Of a stretch of DNA of 64,000 nt, positions 41,578 through 50,800 are shown piece after piece. A model generated the notes under the pieces. It worked only from the letters and a program-made list of their open reading frames with translations. It searched no databases and had not been told where the DNA came from. Each line of letters begins with the position of its first letter. Position 1 is the stretch's first letter. The stretch is from Meiothermus sp. (lineage in GTDB: Bacteria; Deinococcota; Deinococci; Deinococcales; Thermaceae): the NCBI GenBank assembly GCA_033762915.1, contig JANRLD010000005.1, positions 1 to 64,000 on the forward strand, in the 5' to 3' direction. The position numbers were made by a program, and so were the translations under genes.

Positions 41578-44088
41578 ATGAGTCGGAACGGTACTTCTTC
41601 CCTCTGGCTGGAACGCCAAATTGAACGTATCCGCCTCACTAGCGGGTTGGTGGTTCTCCAGGGCGGGGTGGAGTGGGGTGCCCCGCACCTGATCGGGGCG
41701 CTGAGCCTCGAGGGCCAGCCACTGGTCTGGCTCGAGCTTAAGGCCCGCGATGCGGGTGACCCGGTGGTGCTGGGCAACAAGCTTACCGAGGCCCTGACGC
41801 GGGCGCTGGGCAGCACCCTGGTGCCGCACGGGTTGCCCTACACCCACACCCTCTCGGTTCTGCGCACCCACCTGGGCCTGCTGGGACCGATGAGCTTCGC
41901 GCTGGGCGGGGCCGAGCACGGCCTTGAGCTGGCCAGAGCCCTGATCGGCCTGACCGGCGCGGGTAACCGGGTTTTCCTGCACTTCAACACGGTTCCCGCC
42001 GACTTCGGCTACCCGCCCGGAACCCTGGTCTTGGGCCCGGACGAGTTGAGCCTGAGCCTGCCAGAGGCCCTCGACCTGTCGGTGCGGGAGGGGACGCAGC
42101 TTTCGCTCGAGGCCCTGACCGATTTGTGGCTGCAGAGCGAGCAAACCTACGAGCACTTTCGGGTGTTGCTGGCCCAGAGCCGGGGCGCGCTGTTGACCGT
42201 ACGCCCCTCGCCTGCCGGGCCGCAGGCGGTGGCCTGGCATGGGGCCGAGTTCAGCGCCGATGGACTGTTCGAGACCCTGCGACAGAATTGCCGCTACATC
42301 GAGGCCCTCGAGGTGGCCATCGCCCAGTTGCCAGGGTCCGTAGAGGCGGTGCTGCCGCAGGCCGCCCAGGCCATCTGGCGGCGCGGTACCTACGACCTGC
42401 TGTTGCACACCCTCGAGCGCCTTCCCAGGCCGCTGGGGGGGGGCGAGGTAGCGCTGCGCTGGCGGCTGGCGGCGGCCCTCGAGTTGGGCCGCGAGGCCGA
42501 AGTGCTGCCCGAAGCCCAGGCCCTGCTGGCCCGGGCCGAGGCCCCCGAACTGCGGGCCCTGTACTCACAGATCCTCTATCACAATGCCGACCTCGAGGGC
42601 AGCCTGCGCGAGGCCGAGCGGGCCCTTAGGGCCGAGCGAACCCCCCAGACCCTGCTGGCCTACGGTGATGCGCTGCGCTTCAGCGACCTAGGGGCCAGCC
42701 TGGAACACCTTAAAGAAGCCCTGCGGCTGGGAGAGGAGGCCGACGACCCCCACGTAGTGGCGGCGTCGGCCCTGGCGGTCGCCCGCACCCTGGCCGCTCA
42801 GTGCGAGTTTCAGGGGGCCGTCGACTGGGCCGACCTGGGTCTGGAGGCCCACCAGCGCCAGGGGCTGGGCTCGAGCCGGCTCCGGCTCTACCTGATCAAC
42901 GAGCGGAGCCTGGCCAGGGTGGTGTTGGGCCAGACCGGGGGCCTCGAGGACGAGCTGCGAAGTGAGCTTGAGCGCCTCGAGGGCGGCCCCCTACACACCC
43001 TGCTGAGCAGCACCCTGGCCGACGTCTTGCTGACGCAGGGGCGCCACGCCGAGGCCGCCGCGCTGCACCGCCGCCTCTGGGATCAGGCCCACAAGCGCAG
43101 CCAGTACGGCCTGATCGCCAACCTCTGGATGCGGGCCTTGCTCGAGCACGAAGACTCCGAGGCCGCCCTCCACCTGGCCTCGAGGGCGGTCAACCGCACC
43201 TCCGACCTGCCGCCGGTGGTTCGCAACCGGGCGCAACTGGCTCAGGGCATGGCGCTGGCGCTGCACAGCCCTGCCGAGGCCCAAAAGGTGCTGCGGGGTC
43301 TGCTCGAGGCCGAAAATGAGGCCACCCCCCTGCTGCGCCGCACCCAGGCCGCGCTGTACTTGGCCCTGGCCCACCTCCGGGAAGGCCAGGCCCCACAGGC
43401 TGAGGCCGTCTTGCAACCCTACGTCCCGGTGATGGAGCGGCTGGGCCGCAGCGGCCTGCGCTACCTGGCCGGCCCCGAGTCGGCCTTTGACCCGCTCTGG
43501 CAATTGCTCGAGTCCCCCGCCAGCGCCGCGCTGCGGCTGAACTTCCTGGGCGGAGCCGAGGTGCACTTCGAGGGGAGGGCCCTGGGGCTGCGCCAGCGCC
43601 ACGCCGACCTCCTGCTGGCCCTTGCCCTCCACCCCGAGGGCCTCAGCGGCGACACCCTAACCCTGCTGGTCTACGGCGAGTCTGGCAGTTCCGCAACCAC
43701 CAAGGCCGACCTCTCGCGGCTGCGCGAGCTGATCCCCATCAGCTCGCGCCCCTATCGCCTCGAAGTGGCGGCCCAGGCCGACTTCCTCGAGCTGCCCCAG
43801 CACCTCAGCGAGGGCCGCCTGGCCGAGGCGGTATCGCTCTACCAAGGCCAGCTCCTGCCCAACTCCACCGCCCCCCTGGTGATCCAAGAGCGTGAGGTGC
43901 TGGAGGAGGCCATTCGCCGCGCCACCCTCGACGCCGGAGACCCCGAGGCCCTGCTGACCCTGGCTGAGCGCCTCAAGAACGATCTCGAGCTGTGGGAGGC
44001 CGCCCTCGAGGCCCTCCCCCCAGCCGACCCCCGCCGCCTGATGGCCGAGCTGCGAACCAACAAACTGCGCGAGGAGTGGGAAGGGTAG
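41578..44088 (+). CDS. TPR-containing transcriptional regulator with C-terminal winged-helix/BTAD-like domain (regulator 1)
   Basis: MalT-like N-terminal remnant (LVWLEL..RDAGDPV), Ala/Leu helical repeats, and C-terminal LNFLGG...RHADLLLALALHPEGLS...KADLSRLR...PYRL...LYQGQLLP. Alternative TTG start at 41563. Confidence 0.8.
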   Translation: MSRNGTSSLWLERQIERIRLTSGLVVLQGGVEWGAPHLIGALSLEGQPLVWLELKARDAGDPVVLGNKLTEALTRALGSTLVPHGLPYTHTLSVLRTHLGLLGPMSFALGGAEHGLELARALIGLTGAGNRVFLHFNTVPADFGYPPGTLVLGPDELSLSLPEALDLSVREGTQLSLEALTDLWLQSEQTYEHFRVLLAQSRGALLTVRPSPAGPQAVAWHGAEFSADGLFETLRQNCRYIEALEVAIAQLPGSVEAVLPQAAQAIWRRGTYDLLLHTLERLPRPLGGGEVALRWRLAAALELGREAEVLPEAQALLARAEAPELRALYSQILYHNADLEGSLREAERALRAERTPQTLLAYGDALRFSDLGASLEHLKEALRLGEEADDPHVVAASALAVARTLAAQCEFQGAVDWADLGLEAHQRQGLGSSRLRLYLINERSLARVVLGQTGGLEDELRSELERLEGGPLHTLLSSTLADVLLTQGRHAEAAALHRRLWDQAHKRSQYGLIANLWMRALLEHEDSEAALHLASRAVNRTSDLPPVVRNRAQLAQGMALALHSPAEAQKVLRGLLEAENEATPLLRRTQAALYLALAHLREGQAPQAEAVLQPYVPVMERLGRSGLRYLAGPESAFDPLWQLLESPASAALRLNFLGGAEVHFEGRALGLRQRHADLLLALALHPEGLSGDTLTLLVYGESGSSATTKADLSRLRELIPISSRPYRLEVAAQADFLELPQHLSEGRLAEAVSLYQGQLLPNSTAPLVIQEREVLEEAIRRATLDAGDPEALLTLAERLKNDLELWEAALEALPPADPRRLMAELRTNKLREEWEG

Positions 44089-44259
44089 CAGGGCATCCAT
44101 AGCAACCAGCGGCCGTAGTTCGGCGAGGGAACCCAGGCAAGAGGACCGTGGGATTGGCACCAAAGGGGTGAACTTGGCGGGGCTGCTCGGTTCAGCCAGG
44201 GGTGCCGGGTCAGTAAATCACCAGATTCTCAAAAGGCCTGTCCCCCTCCCCGGCCCGGA

Positions 44260-44322
44260 TGCAACCTTCTCGGGAATGTATGGCCGTTCGCTCACCGCCG
44301 GTATGCAACCTCGGCGCAACCT
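44260..44322 (+). promoter_or_regulatory. Phased YGCAACCT direct repeats upstream of regulator 2
   Basis: TGCAACCT at 44260 and 44304, CGCAACCT at 44315; spacings of 44 and 11 bp. Confidence 0.6.
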
Positions 44323-44361
44323 CCCGTCCCGCACACTAAAAGACAGGTTAGGTCTAAAGAC

Positions 44362-46698
44362 ATGGACTGGATAGAGATTCCCGAGGATAAGACCCAGTAT
44401 CAGGGGGTTGCGGTGCTGCTGGGGGCCAGCAGCTGGTCAGCCCACAACTTCTTGCAGCGCCTCAGCCGCCCTGATCAGCCCATCATATGGGTGGATCTTA
44501 GTGCAAGGGATCAGTCCGACCCAGTCTCGCAGGGCAACCGTTTGGCCCAGGCCGTTGAACGGGCCTTCGGGTCTCCGTTGTTTGGGTTGGGGATGCCCTT
44601 CAGCTATGGGCTGAACGTTCTGCAAAAGCACCAGGGACTGCTGGGTTCGTTCGCCATCGGGGTTTACGGGGCAGAGTATGCCCTCGAGATGGTCGAAGCC
44701 CTGCTGGCCATGCCCAAGCTCTCCCAGCCGCTGGTGCTGTGCTTCGAGCAGCCCTCCAAGCAGGCGTGCCTTAAGAACGCCTGGGTGATCGATCTGCGCC
44801 CCGCCATCAAGGCCGAGCCAGTGGCGGTGAGCGAGGAGGAGCAGGCCATCGAGCGCCAGGGCATCTACAACGTCCTGGTGGTACAGCGAAAATGGGTCGA
44901 GGCTTTTGAGTGGGCCGTGCTGTACTTCCCGGCCCAGGCCGAGCAGGTGCTCGAGAAGGCTGCCAACCTGATGTGGGCGCAGGGCTCGAGCGAACGCCTG
45001 TACCGCCTGCTGGGCCAGCTACCAAAAACCCCCGAAAACAGCCTGGCCATACTGCGCTGGCAGTTCACCGCGCTCTTGGAACTCGGACGCGAGGGGGAAA
45101 TGCTCGAGGATGTGCGGGCGGTGCTGAACGAGCAGCCTGCGCCAGATTTAAGGGCGTTGTATGCGATTGCGCTGTATCGCTTGAATGACAGCGAGGGAGC
45201 GCTGCGTGAGGCGGTAAAGGCTGTGGATATGGAGCAAAATACCCTGACTCAATACGTTTTAGGGTACATTTTGCCGACTAGAGATCCTATGGAAGCGGTA
45301 ACGGTTTTGCGAAAAGCAGTACGTAATGCCGAACTCGAGGACAGCCTTTACGAATCAGCCCAAAGCGCTTTGACACTTACACATACGTTTTTTCAACTAG
45401 GCCAGTACAAAGAGGCTATGGAATGGGCGGGGTGGGGCCTACGTTTGTACGATCAGAGGGGTCTACAAAATCAACAAATAAAGATCGAACTTTTCAATGA
45501 GTGGGCTTTTATGCGAATCCTGCTTGGCGATACTGCAGGACTTGAAGCCCAACTTGATGCGCACATAGAATACCTTGAGAAAAGTACAGTACGTTCTTTT
45601 ACGGAGATTACCCTTAGAACAACGCTAGCCGACCTACTTCTGGTTGAGGGGCGTTCATACGAGGCATTTGTTATCTACAGAAAAGTCTGGAATAGTGTCC
45701 AGCGACGCCAGCATTACAACTTTTTGTCTGATAGCTATGTTCGGGTTTTACTTGAGAATGACGAGTTCGATGAGGCCTTTGCGATAAGCCGCAAGGCAGT
45801 GGACTTGACAGAGGACTTGCCTGATGTATTTAACCGGCGAAGCCGTCTATCGCTTGCGATGTGTGAAAGCCTAGTTAATCCCGAAACAGGCATAGAAATG
45901 CTCAAAAACATATTAGATGAACTGAGTAAGTCGAAGTTTTTGTACATCCAGTTTTATCTGAGGGCACAACTATATCTTGCCCGTGCTTTGTTCGCTGTCG
46001 GCGAAACAAAGGAAGCAGAAGTGTATGTTTCACAGATTTCGGAGACGTTGAAGTTAACTGGTCAGGAGAGTCTCCGTTTTATGGCAGGCCCCGCGCATGC
46101 TTTCCAAGAAGTGTTTTCGCGTCTCGAGGAAACGCAGTACCCGCTTGAACTTAAGTTCATGGGCCAACACGAGGTACGTCTCAATGGCGCTCCTGTTCAA
46201 ATGCGCCGCCGGTTCATGGAGATTCTGGCTGTGTTAGCACTAAACCCTGAGGGGTTGAGTTCAGAGGAGCTAATGTTAGCGGTATATGGAGATAAGGGTA
46301 CGATTGAAACATTGCGTTCTGATCTGTCCAGGTTACGTGAGGTTATTCCGATTACACCGAAACCCTATCGAATTCAGGTTCCTGTAAAGGCCGACTTCGT
46401 TGATTTGCAGCGCTTGATATCTCGTGGAAAGGTGCGAGAAGCCTTACGTCTATACCACGGGGCATTGTTCCCTGAGTCAACCGCAGAAGGCATTGAGGAG
46501 GAGCGCAACTATCTTGAAGAGGCGCTCAGAACAGCCGTTCTGAACTCTCAAGACCCGGAAGCCCTGATGGGCTTGGCCGAAAAGCTCAAAGGTGATCCTG
46601 AAGTCTGGGAAGCTGCTGCCAAATGTCTGTCAAAGAACGACCCGCGCCGAGTTGTTGCCAAGGCGCGGGCTGAAAGCGTCACTGCTCAGTGGAACTAG
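44362..46698 (+). CDS. TPR-containing transcriptional regulator, paralog of regulator 1 (putative peptide receptor)
   Basis: Shares DPV..GN.L..A..RA.GS, L.NE, GDTAGLE, TLADLL and PEGLS...SDLSRLRE.IPI...PYR with regulator 1; GC drops from about 45150 onward. Confidence 0.82.
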   Translation: MDWIEIPEDKTQYQGVAVLLGASSWSAHNFLQRLSRPDQPIIWVDLSARDQSDPVSQGNRLAQAVERAFGSPLFGLGMPFSYGLNVLQKHQGLLGSFAIGVYGAEYALEMVEALLAMPKLSQPLVLCFEQPSKQACLKNAWVIDLRPAIKAEPVAVSEEEQAIERQGIYNVLVVQRKWVEAFEWAVLYFPAQAEQVLEKAANLMWAQGSSERLYRLLGQLPKTPENSLAILRWQFTALLELGREGEMLEDVRAVLNEQPAPDLRALYAIALYRLNDSEGALREAVKAVDMEQNTLTQYVLGYILPTRDPMEAVTVLRKAVRNAELEDSLYESAQSALTLTHTFFQLGQYKEAMEWAGWGLRLYDQRGLQNQQIKIELFNEWAFMRILLGDTAGLEAQLDAHIEYLEKSTVRSFTEITLRTTLADLLLVEGRSYEAFVIYRKVWNSVQRRQHYNFLSDSYVRVLLENDEFDEAFAISRKAVDLTEDLPDVFNRRSRLSLAMCESLVNPETGIEMLKNILDELSKSKFLYIQFYLRAQLYLARALFAVGETKEAEVYVSQISETLKLTGQESLRFMAGPAHAFQEVFSRLEETQYPLELKFMGQHEVRLNGAPVQMRRRFMEILAVLALNPEGLSSEELMLAVYGDKGTIETLRSDLSRLREVIPITPKPYRIQVPVKADFVDLQRLISRGKVREALRLYHGALFPESTAEGIEEERNYLEEALRTAVLNSQDPEALMGLAEKLKGDPEVWEAAAKCLSKNDPRRVVAKARAESVTAQWN

Positions 46699-46802
46699 CC
46701 GCCGCCACCAACTCCCGTACCACCGCCGCCGGCCAAGGCCAACGCCCACACCATCGCTGCCGCCACTGCCAAGAAGAGCTTGACTTTCAGGGTCTTGTTC
46801 AT
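46695..46802 (-). CDS. 35-aa secreted pre-peptide MNKTLKVKLFLAVAAAMVWALALA-GGGGTGVGGGG (putative signalling peptide)
   Basis: Manual translation (below the ORF-track cutoff). AAGGAGG lies 6 nt before the ATG; basic n-region, hydrophobic h-region, ALA cleavage motif. Its stop overlaps the regulator 2 stop at CTAG. Confidence 0.8.
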   Translation of the reverse strand: MNKTLKVKLFLAVAAAMVWALALAGGGGTGVGGGG

Positions 46803-46874
46803 CTCCTGCCTCCTTGGGCTAGAAGATAATCACTGCCCATTGACAATGGCGTTGCACATAATCGACTCAAAAAT

Positions 46875-46920
46875 ACAGCGCAAATTCAACGCCTTTGGTG
46901 TAAGGCGTGGTTTGCGCTGT
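46875..46920. other. Inverted repeat between the nucleotidyltransferase 3' end and the peptide gene
   Basis: ACAGCGCAAA...ACGCCTT / AAGGCGT...TTTGCGCTGT; possible terminator or operator. Confidence 0.5.
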
Positions 46921-46934
46921 GTGGAACTAAATTG

Positions 46935-47999
46935 TCAGCCCAGCTCGAGCGAGCTTAAGTCCCCCAGGATCAGCTTGTGGGCCTTGGGCAGGCCGTCGCG
47001 TTTGGTCACCCTGGCCCCCACCCCGATGATGCACTCGTGCAGACGCAGGGGCACGTCCTCCACGATTGCGCCGTCCTCGAGGATCGAGAACTCCACCTCG
47101 GCCTGGCGCACGGTGGCATTGGGGCCGACCGAGGTGAAGGGGCCAATGTAGGCCCCCTCCACCATCGCGCCTGCGGCGATGTGGGCGGGACCGAGGATCG
47201 AGCTGTTTTTCACGACCGCGCCCTTCTCCACAATGACCCGTCCCGTCACTTGGCTGTCGATCACGTTGCCCTCGAGAACCGGGGTTGGGCTCTTCTGCTC
47301 GACCAGCAGCAGGCGGTTGGCGTCGAGCAGATCGCCGGGCCGTCCGGTGTCCTTCCACCAGCCCTTGATCTCCTCGCCCATCACGGTGTGGCCGGCGTCC
47401 ATCAGGTTCTGGATCGAGTCGGTGATCTCGTACTCGCCGCGCGCGCTGGGCTTGAGCTTCTCGATTATGTCCATGATCTCGGGGCCGAAGACGTAGACCC
47501 CTGCCACCGCCAGGTCGGAGGGTGGGTTCTTGGGCTTCTCGACCAACTTGACAATGCGGCCCTGCTCGAGCACCGCCACCCCGAACTGCCGGGGGTCGGG
47601 CACCTTGACCAGCGCGATCACCGCGCCCACACCGGGCTTGAAGGCCTGGGTGAAGCTGGCTATGCCGTCCTGGAAGAGGTTATCGCCCAGATAGAGTACG
47701 AAAGGGCTACCGGCCAGCCATTCCCGCGCCGTCCCCACTGCGTGGGCGATGCCCAGCGCCACCTCCTGAACGATGTAGGTGATGCTCACGCCGGGGAAGT
47801 CCTTGAGAGCCTGTTGAATGTCCTCCTTGGTGTCCGGCGAGACCACCACCCCGATCTCGGTGACCCCCACTTCGCGCAGGTTGGCCACCGCGTAGGCGAT
47901 GATGGGCTTTCCGGCCAGCCGGATAACGGGCTTAGGGCGGGTGAACGTTAGGGGGCGCAATCGCGTGCCGCGCCCCGCAGCGAGGATAAGACCTTTCAT
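46935..47999 (-). CDS. Glucose-1-phosphate thymidylyltransferase (long form)
   Basis: LAAGRGTRLRPLT, YLGDN, VEKP, SARGEYEITD, WWKDTG and a hexapeptide tail. Confidence 0.9.
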   Translation of the reverse strand: MKGLILAAGRGTRLRPLTFTRPKPVIRLAGKPIIAYAVANLREVGVTEIGVVVSPDTKEDIQQALKDFPGVSITYIVQEVALGIAHAVGTAREWLAGSPFVLYLGDNLFQDGIASFTQAFKPGVGAVIALVKVPDPRQFGVAVLEQGRIVKLVEKPKNPPSDLAVAGVYVFGPEIMDIIEKLKPSARGEYEITDSIQNLMDAGHTVMGEEIKGWWKDTGRPGDLLDANRLLLVEQKSPTPVLEGNVIDSQVTGRVIVEKGAVVKNSSILGPAHIAAGAMVEGAYIGPFTSVGPNATVRQAEVEFSILEDGAIVEDVPLRLHECIIGVGARVTKRDGLPKAHKLILGDLSSLELG

Positions 48000-48238
48000 G
48001 TCCCCGCTATCTTATCAGTCGGTGTGAGAGCGGGCCGGTCAACTGAGCGTGCTGGCATGATGGGGCCTTCAGGACCTCTTGGCCGGGGCTTTAGGGTTGG
48101 GTCCCCGGGGCTTGAGGAATTGTTGAGGAGTTGTCGGGGTTGAATCCAAAATGTAAACGATTGCAAAGTTCAGTGTTTCCTCGAGGCTCACCCTGCGTTT
48201 ATTAGAAACTCTGTCTGGAATGGATTTGGTTACTTGTA

Positions 48239-48298
48239 TTGACAAAAGAGAACGCCGACCATAAACTACTTTTGCAAAACAGTTGTAAGCGTTTACAA
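48239..48298 (+). promoter_or_regulatory. Sigma70-type promoter and LacI-family operator
   Basis: TTGACA-N17-TAAACT (48239-48267); palindrome TTGTAAGCGTTTACAA (48283-48298); weaker copy TGTAAACGATTGCA near 48152. Confidence 0.8.
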
Positions 48299-48342
48299 GC
48301 CTCTCCGAGAACACCTTTACTCTGGAGCTTGGCTTCTGGGTC

Positions 48343-49323
48343 ATGCCTATGGACTTGCGCCGCCAGCCCACCATCACCGACGTAGCGAGGCTCTCCGGGG
48401 TCTCGACCGGCACTGTGAGCCGGGTCATCAATCAGCGCCCCGGCGTCCACCCCGAGACCAAGGCGCGGGTGCTCGAGGTCGTAGAGAAGCTGGGCTACGT
48501 GCCGATGCAGGCCGCCCGAGAGCTGACCGGCCACGCCGACACCGTGGGGATTCTGCTCTCCCCCGGCACGAGACGCTACATCCCCTACTTCATCCACCTC
48601 TTCGAGCGGCTCAACGAGGCGCTGTGGCGCGACGGGCTCAAGCTCAGCGAGACCCCGGTGGACAGCGTCGGGCTGCCGCTGGAGGCTGCCCGGGGTTACG
48701 TCCTTCTGGGCGCACACGACCACGACCCGCGCATAGAGTACCTGCGCGACCAGGGCCTGCCCTTCGTGCTGGTGGGGGTCTACCCGCACACCTTCTGCGT
48801 CAGCCCCGACGACGAGAACGGTTCGATGGAGGCCACCCGCCACCTGCTCGAGCTCGGCCACACCGAGCTGGTGCACGTCACCGGCGACGTGAGCTTCCAG
48901 GCCGGTCGCGAGCGGCTCCAGGGCTTCCGGCGGGCCCTGGAGGCCAAGGGCCTGTCCTATCGCCCCGAGCAACTCCTGGACGGCGACTTCACCAGCCTGG
49001 GGGCCTACCGGGCGGTCTACAAGTACTGGTCGCGGGGGGGGCGCTTTACGGGCGCGGTGGCGGCCTCCGACGAAATGGCGGTGGGGGTAATGGCGGCCCT
49101 CGAGGACCTGGGGGTGCGGGTTCCGGCGGAGGTCTCGGTGGTGGGATACGACGACCTGCCCGAGGTCGGCGAGAACCTCACCACCATGCGCCAGGACATT
49201 TCCGAGATTGCGCGCACCGCGGTGCGTTTGCTTAAGGAGGCAATCTCCGGGTCCAAACCCTACGGGGTTCGGTCGCCGGTAAGGCTGGTGGTGCGCAAGA
49301 CCACCAGCCAAATAGGGAGGTGA
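48343..49323 (+). CDS. LacI family transcriptional regulator
   Basis: TITDVARLSGVSTGTVSRVIN, VSVVGYDD and LTTMRQ. Confidence 0.95.
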   Translation: MPMDLRRQPTITDVARLSGVSTGTVSRVINQRPGVHPETKARVLEVVEKLGYVPMQAARELTGHADTVGILLSPGTRRYIPYFIHLFERLNEALWRDGLKLSETPVDSVGLPLEAARGYVLLGAHDHDPRIEYLRDQGLPFVLVGVYPHTFCVSPDDENGSMEATRHLLELGHTELVHVTGDVSFQAGRERLQGFRRALEAKGLSYRPEQLLDGDFTSLGAYRAVYKYWSRGGRFTGAVAASDEMAVGVMAALEDLGVRVPAEVSVVGYDDLPEVGENLTTMRQDISEIARTAVRLLKEAISGSKPYGVRSPVRLVVRKTTSQIGR

Positions 49324-49426
49324 CAGCCGTCTGGGGTGGAGGAACCCAGACCCCTCGCAAGGGAAACATCACACCTTGGTCTTTGGGCGACTGGCCGCGC
49401 TAAGTGCGCACTTTTGGAGGAACGAC

Positions 49427-50662
49427 ATGAAACAACTTTTGCTGGCAGGTATGGCAGTAGCCGCGCTAGGGATGGCCTCGGCGCAAACCACCGTTCGGCT
49501 GGCCGGGTTCGGTGGGAATGACACCGCCATTGTGGCCAACCTGCTTAAAGAAGTGGTCAACCCGATGCTGGCCAAGGACAACATTGTGGCCACCTACCAG
49601 GGCATCGAGGGCGACTACAGCGCCGCGCTGCTCAACCAACTGGCCGCCGGAACCGCCGCCGACCTGTTTTACGTGGACGTCAACGTGGCCAACCCGATCT
49701 TCGCCTCGGGCCGCGTGGAGCCGCTCAACAACTACTTTAGCGCCGCCGAGCGGGGGGTCTTCATCCCCAGCCTAATGCAGTCCTTCACCCTCGACGGCAG
49801 GCTTTACGGCATCCCCAAGGACTTCAACACCCTGGCCATCCAGTTCAACAAGGACATCTTCGACGAAGCCAAGGTGCCCTACCCCAACGCCAACGACACC
49901 TGGGACACTTTCAAGGACAAGCTTCGCCGGGTGCAGGCGGCGGTTAAGGACGTAGCCGGCCTCTGTGTGGTGGCCGACTACGCCCGCTTCGGGGCCTTTG
50001 CCCACGCCACCAGCTGGCGGCCCTTCGCCAACAACGGCAAGACCGTGCTGGACGCCAACTTCAAACGGGCCTTCACTTTCTACACCTCGCTGGTTAAGGA
50101 CGGCGCGGGCAGGTACGCCCAGGATTTGGGCGAGGGCTGGACGGGCGGCTGCTTCGGTACCGAGAAGGCTGCTGTCGCCATCGAGGGCGCTTGGGTGGGC
50201 GGCTTCGTCAAGGACCGGGCTCCCAACATGAAGTACGGCACCACCTTCCTGCCCCTTGATCCCCAAACCAGAAACCGGGGTAACTTCATCTACACCGTCT
50301 CCTGGAGCATGAACGCGGCCTCGAGGAACAAGGCCGCCGCCGCCAAGGTCATCAAGGCCCTGACCTCGACCACCGCCCAGCAGTGGGTGCTCGAGCGCGG
50401 CCTGGCCATCCCCAGCCGCTCGGTGCTCTCCAACAACCCCTTCTTCAGGAGGCCCACCGCCGAGGCCGAGCTGAACCGGGTGGTCTTCCAGGGCTCGACC
50501 CGCCAGGGCGGCGCCGTTCTGCCCTTCGGCTTCGGCAAGTACGCCGGCGGCGACTGGATGCGCCCCATTAACGAGGCCCTGGCCGCAGTGATCACCGGCA
50601 AGAAGACCGTGGATCAGGCCATCGCCGACGCCCAGACCGCGCTCAACCAAGTCGAGAAGTAG
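49427..50662 (+). CDS. Carbohydrate ABC transporter substrate-binding protein
   Basis: GGAGG RBS, signal peptide, DGRLYGIP...FNKDIF. Confidence 0.9.
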   Translation: MKQLLLAGMAVAALGMASAQTTVRLAGFGGNDTAIVANLLKEVVNPMLAKDNIVATYQGIEGDYSAALLNQLAAGTAADLFYVDVNVANPIFASGRVEPLNNYFSAAERGVFIPSLMQSFTLDGRLYGIPKDFNTLAIQFNKDIFDEAKVPYPNANDTWDTFKDKLRRVQAAVKDVAGLCVVADYARFGAFAHATSWRPFANNGKTVLDANFKRAFTFYTSLVKDGAGRYAQDLGEGWTGGCFGTEKAAVAIEGAWVGGFVKDRAPNMKYGTTFLPLDPQTRNRGNFIYTVSWSMNAASRNKAAAAKVIKALTSTTAQQWVLERGLAIPSRSVLSNNPFFRRPTAEAELNRVVFQGSTRQGGAVLPFGFGKYAGGDWMRPINEALAAVITGKKTVDQAIADAQTALNQVEK

Positions 50663-50670
50663 GGTTGCCG

Positions 50671-50705
50671 AGCCCCCTCCCGTTTGCGGGAGGGGGCTTT
50701 TGGTT
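50671..50705 (+). terminator. Intergenic stem-loop / terminator after the binding protein
   Basis: AGCCCCCTCCCG-TTTG-CGGGAGGGGGCT-TTT. Confidence 0.65.
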
Positions 50706-50800
50706 TGGCTGGGCAGCAGGGGGGAGAGACGGCTGCCGTCTTCCCTCTCCCCAGTCCGAAGGGCGATGCTGCCCTGCGTATAAGGAAGGGAGGTGAGCGT

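Noticed and set aside
43657..44163. Minus-strand ORF as cognate peptide for regulator 1
   Set aside because: No RBS or signal peptide, and it mostly overlaps regulator 1 antisense.
46695..46802. RiPP or bacteriocin precursor
   Set aside because: Leader is a Sec-type signal peptide rather than a double-glycine leader, and no modifying enzyme or dedicated exporter is adjacent.
45150..46930. Prophage or integrative element explaining the low GC
   Set aside because: No integrase, att-like repeats, tRNA or phage genes; the shift begins inside an intact gene.
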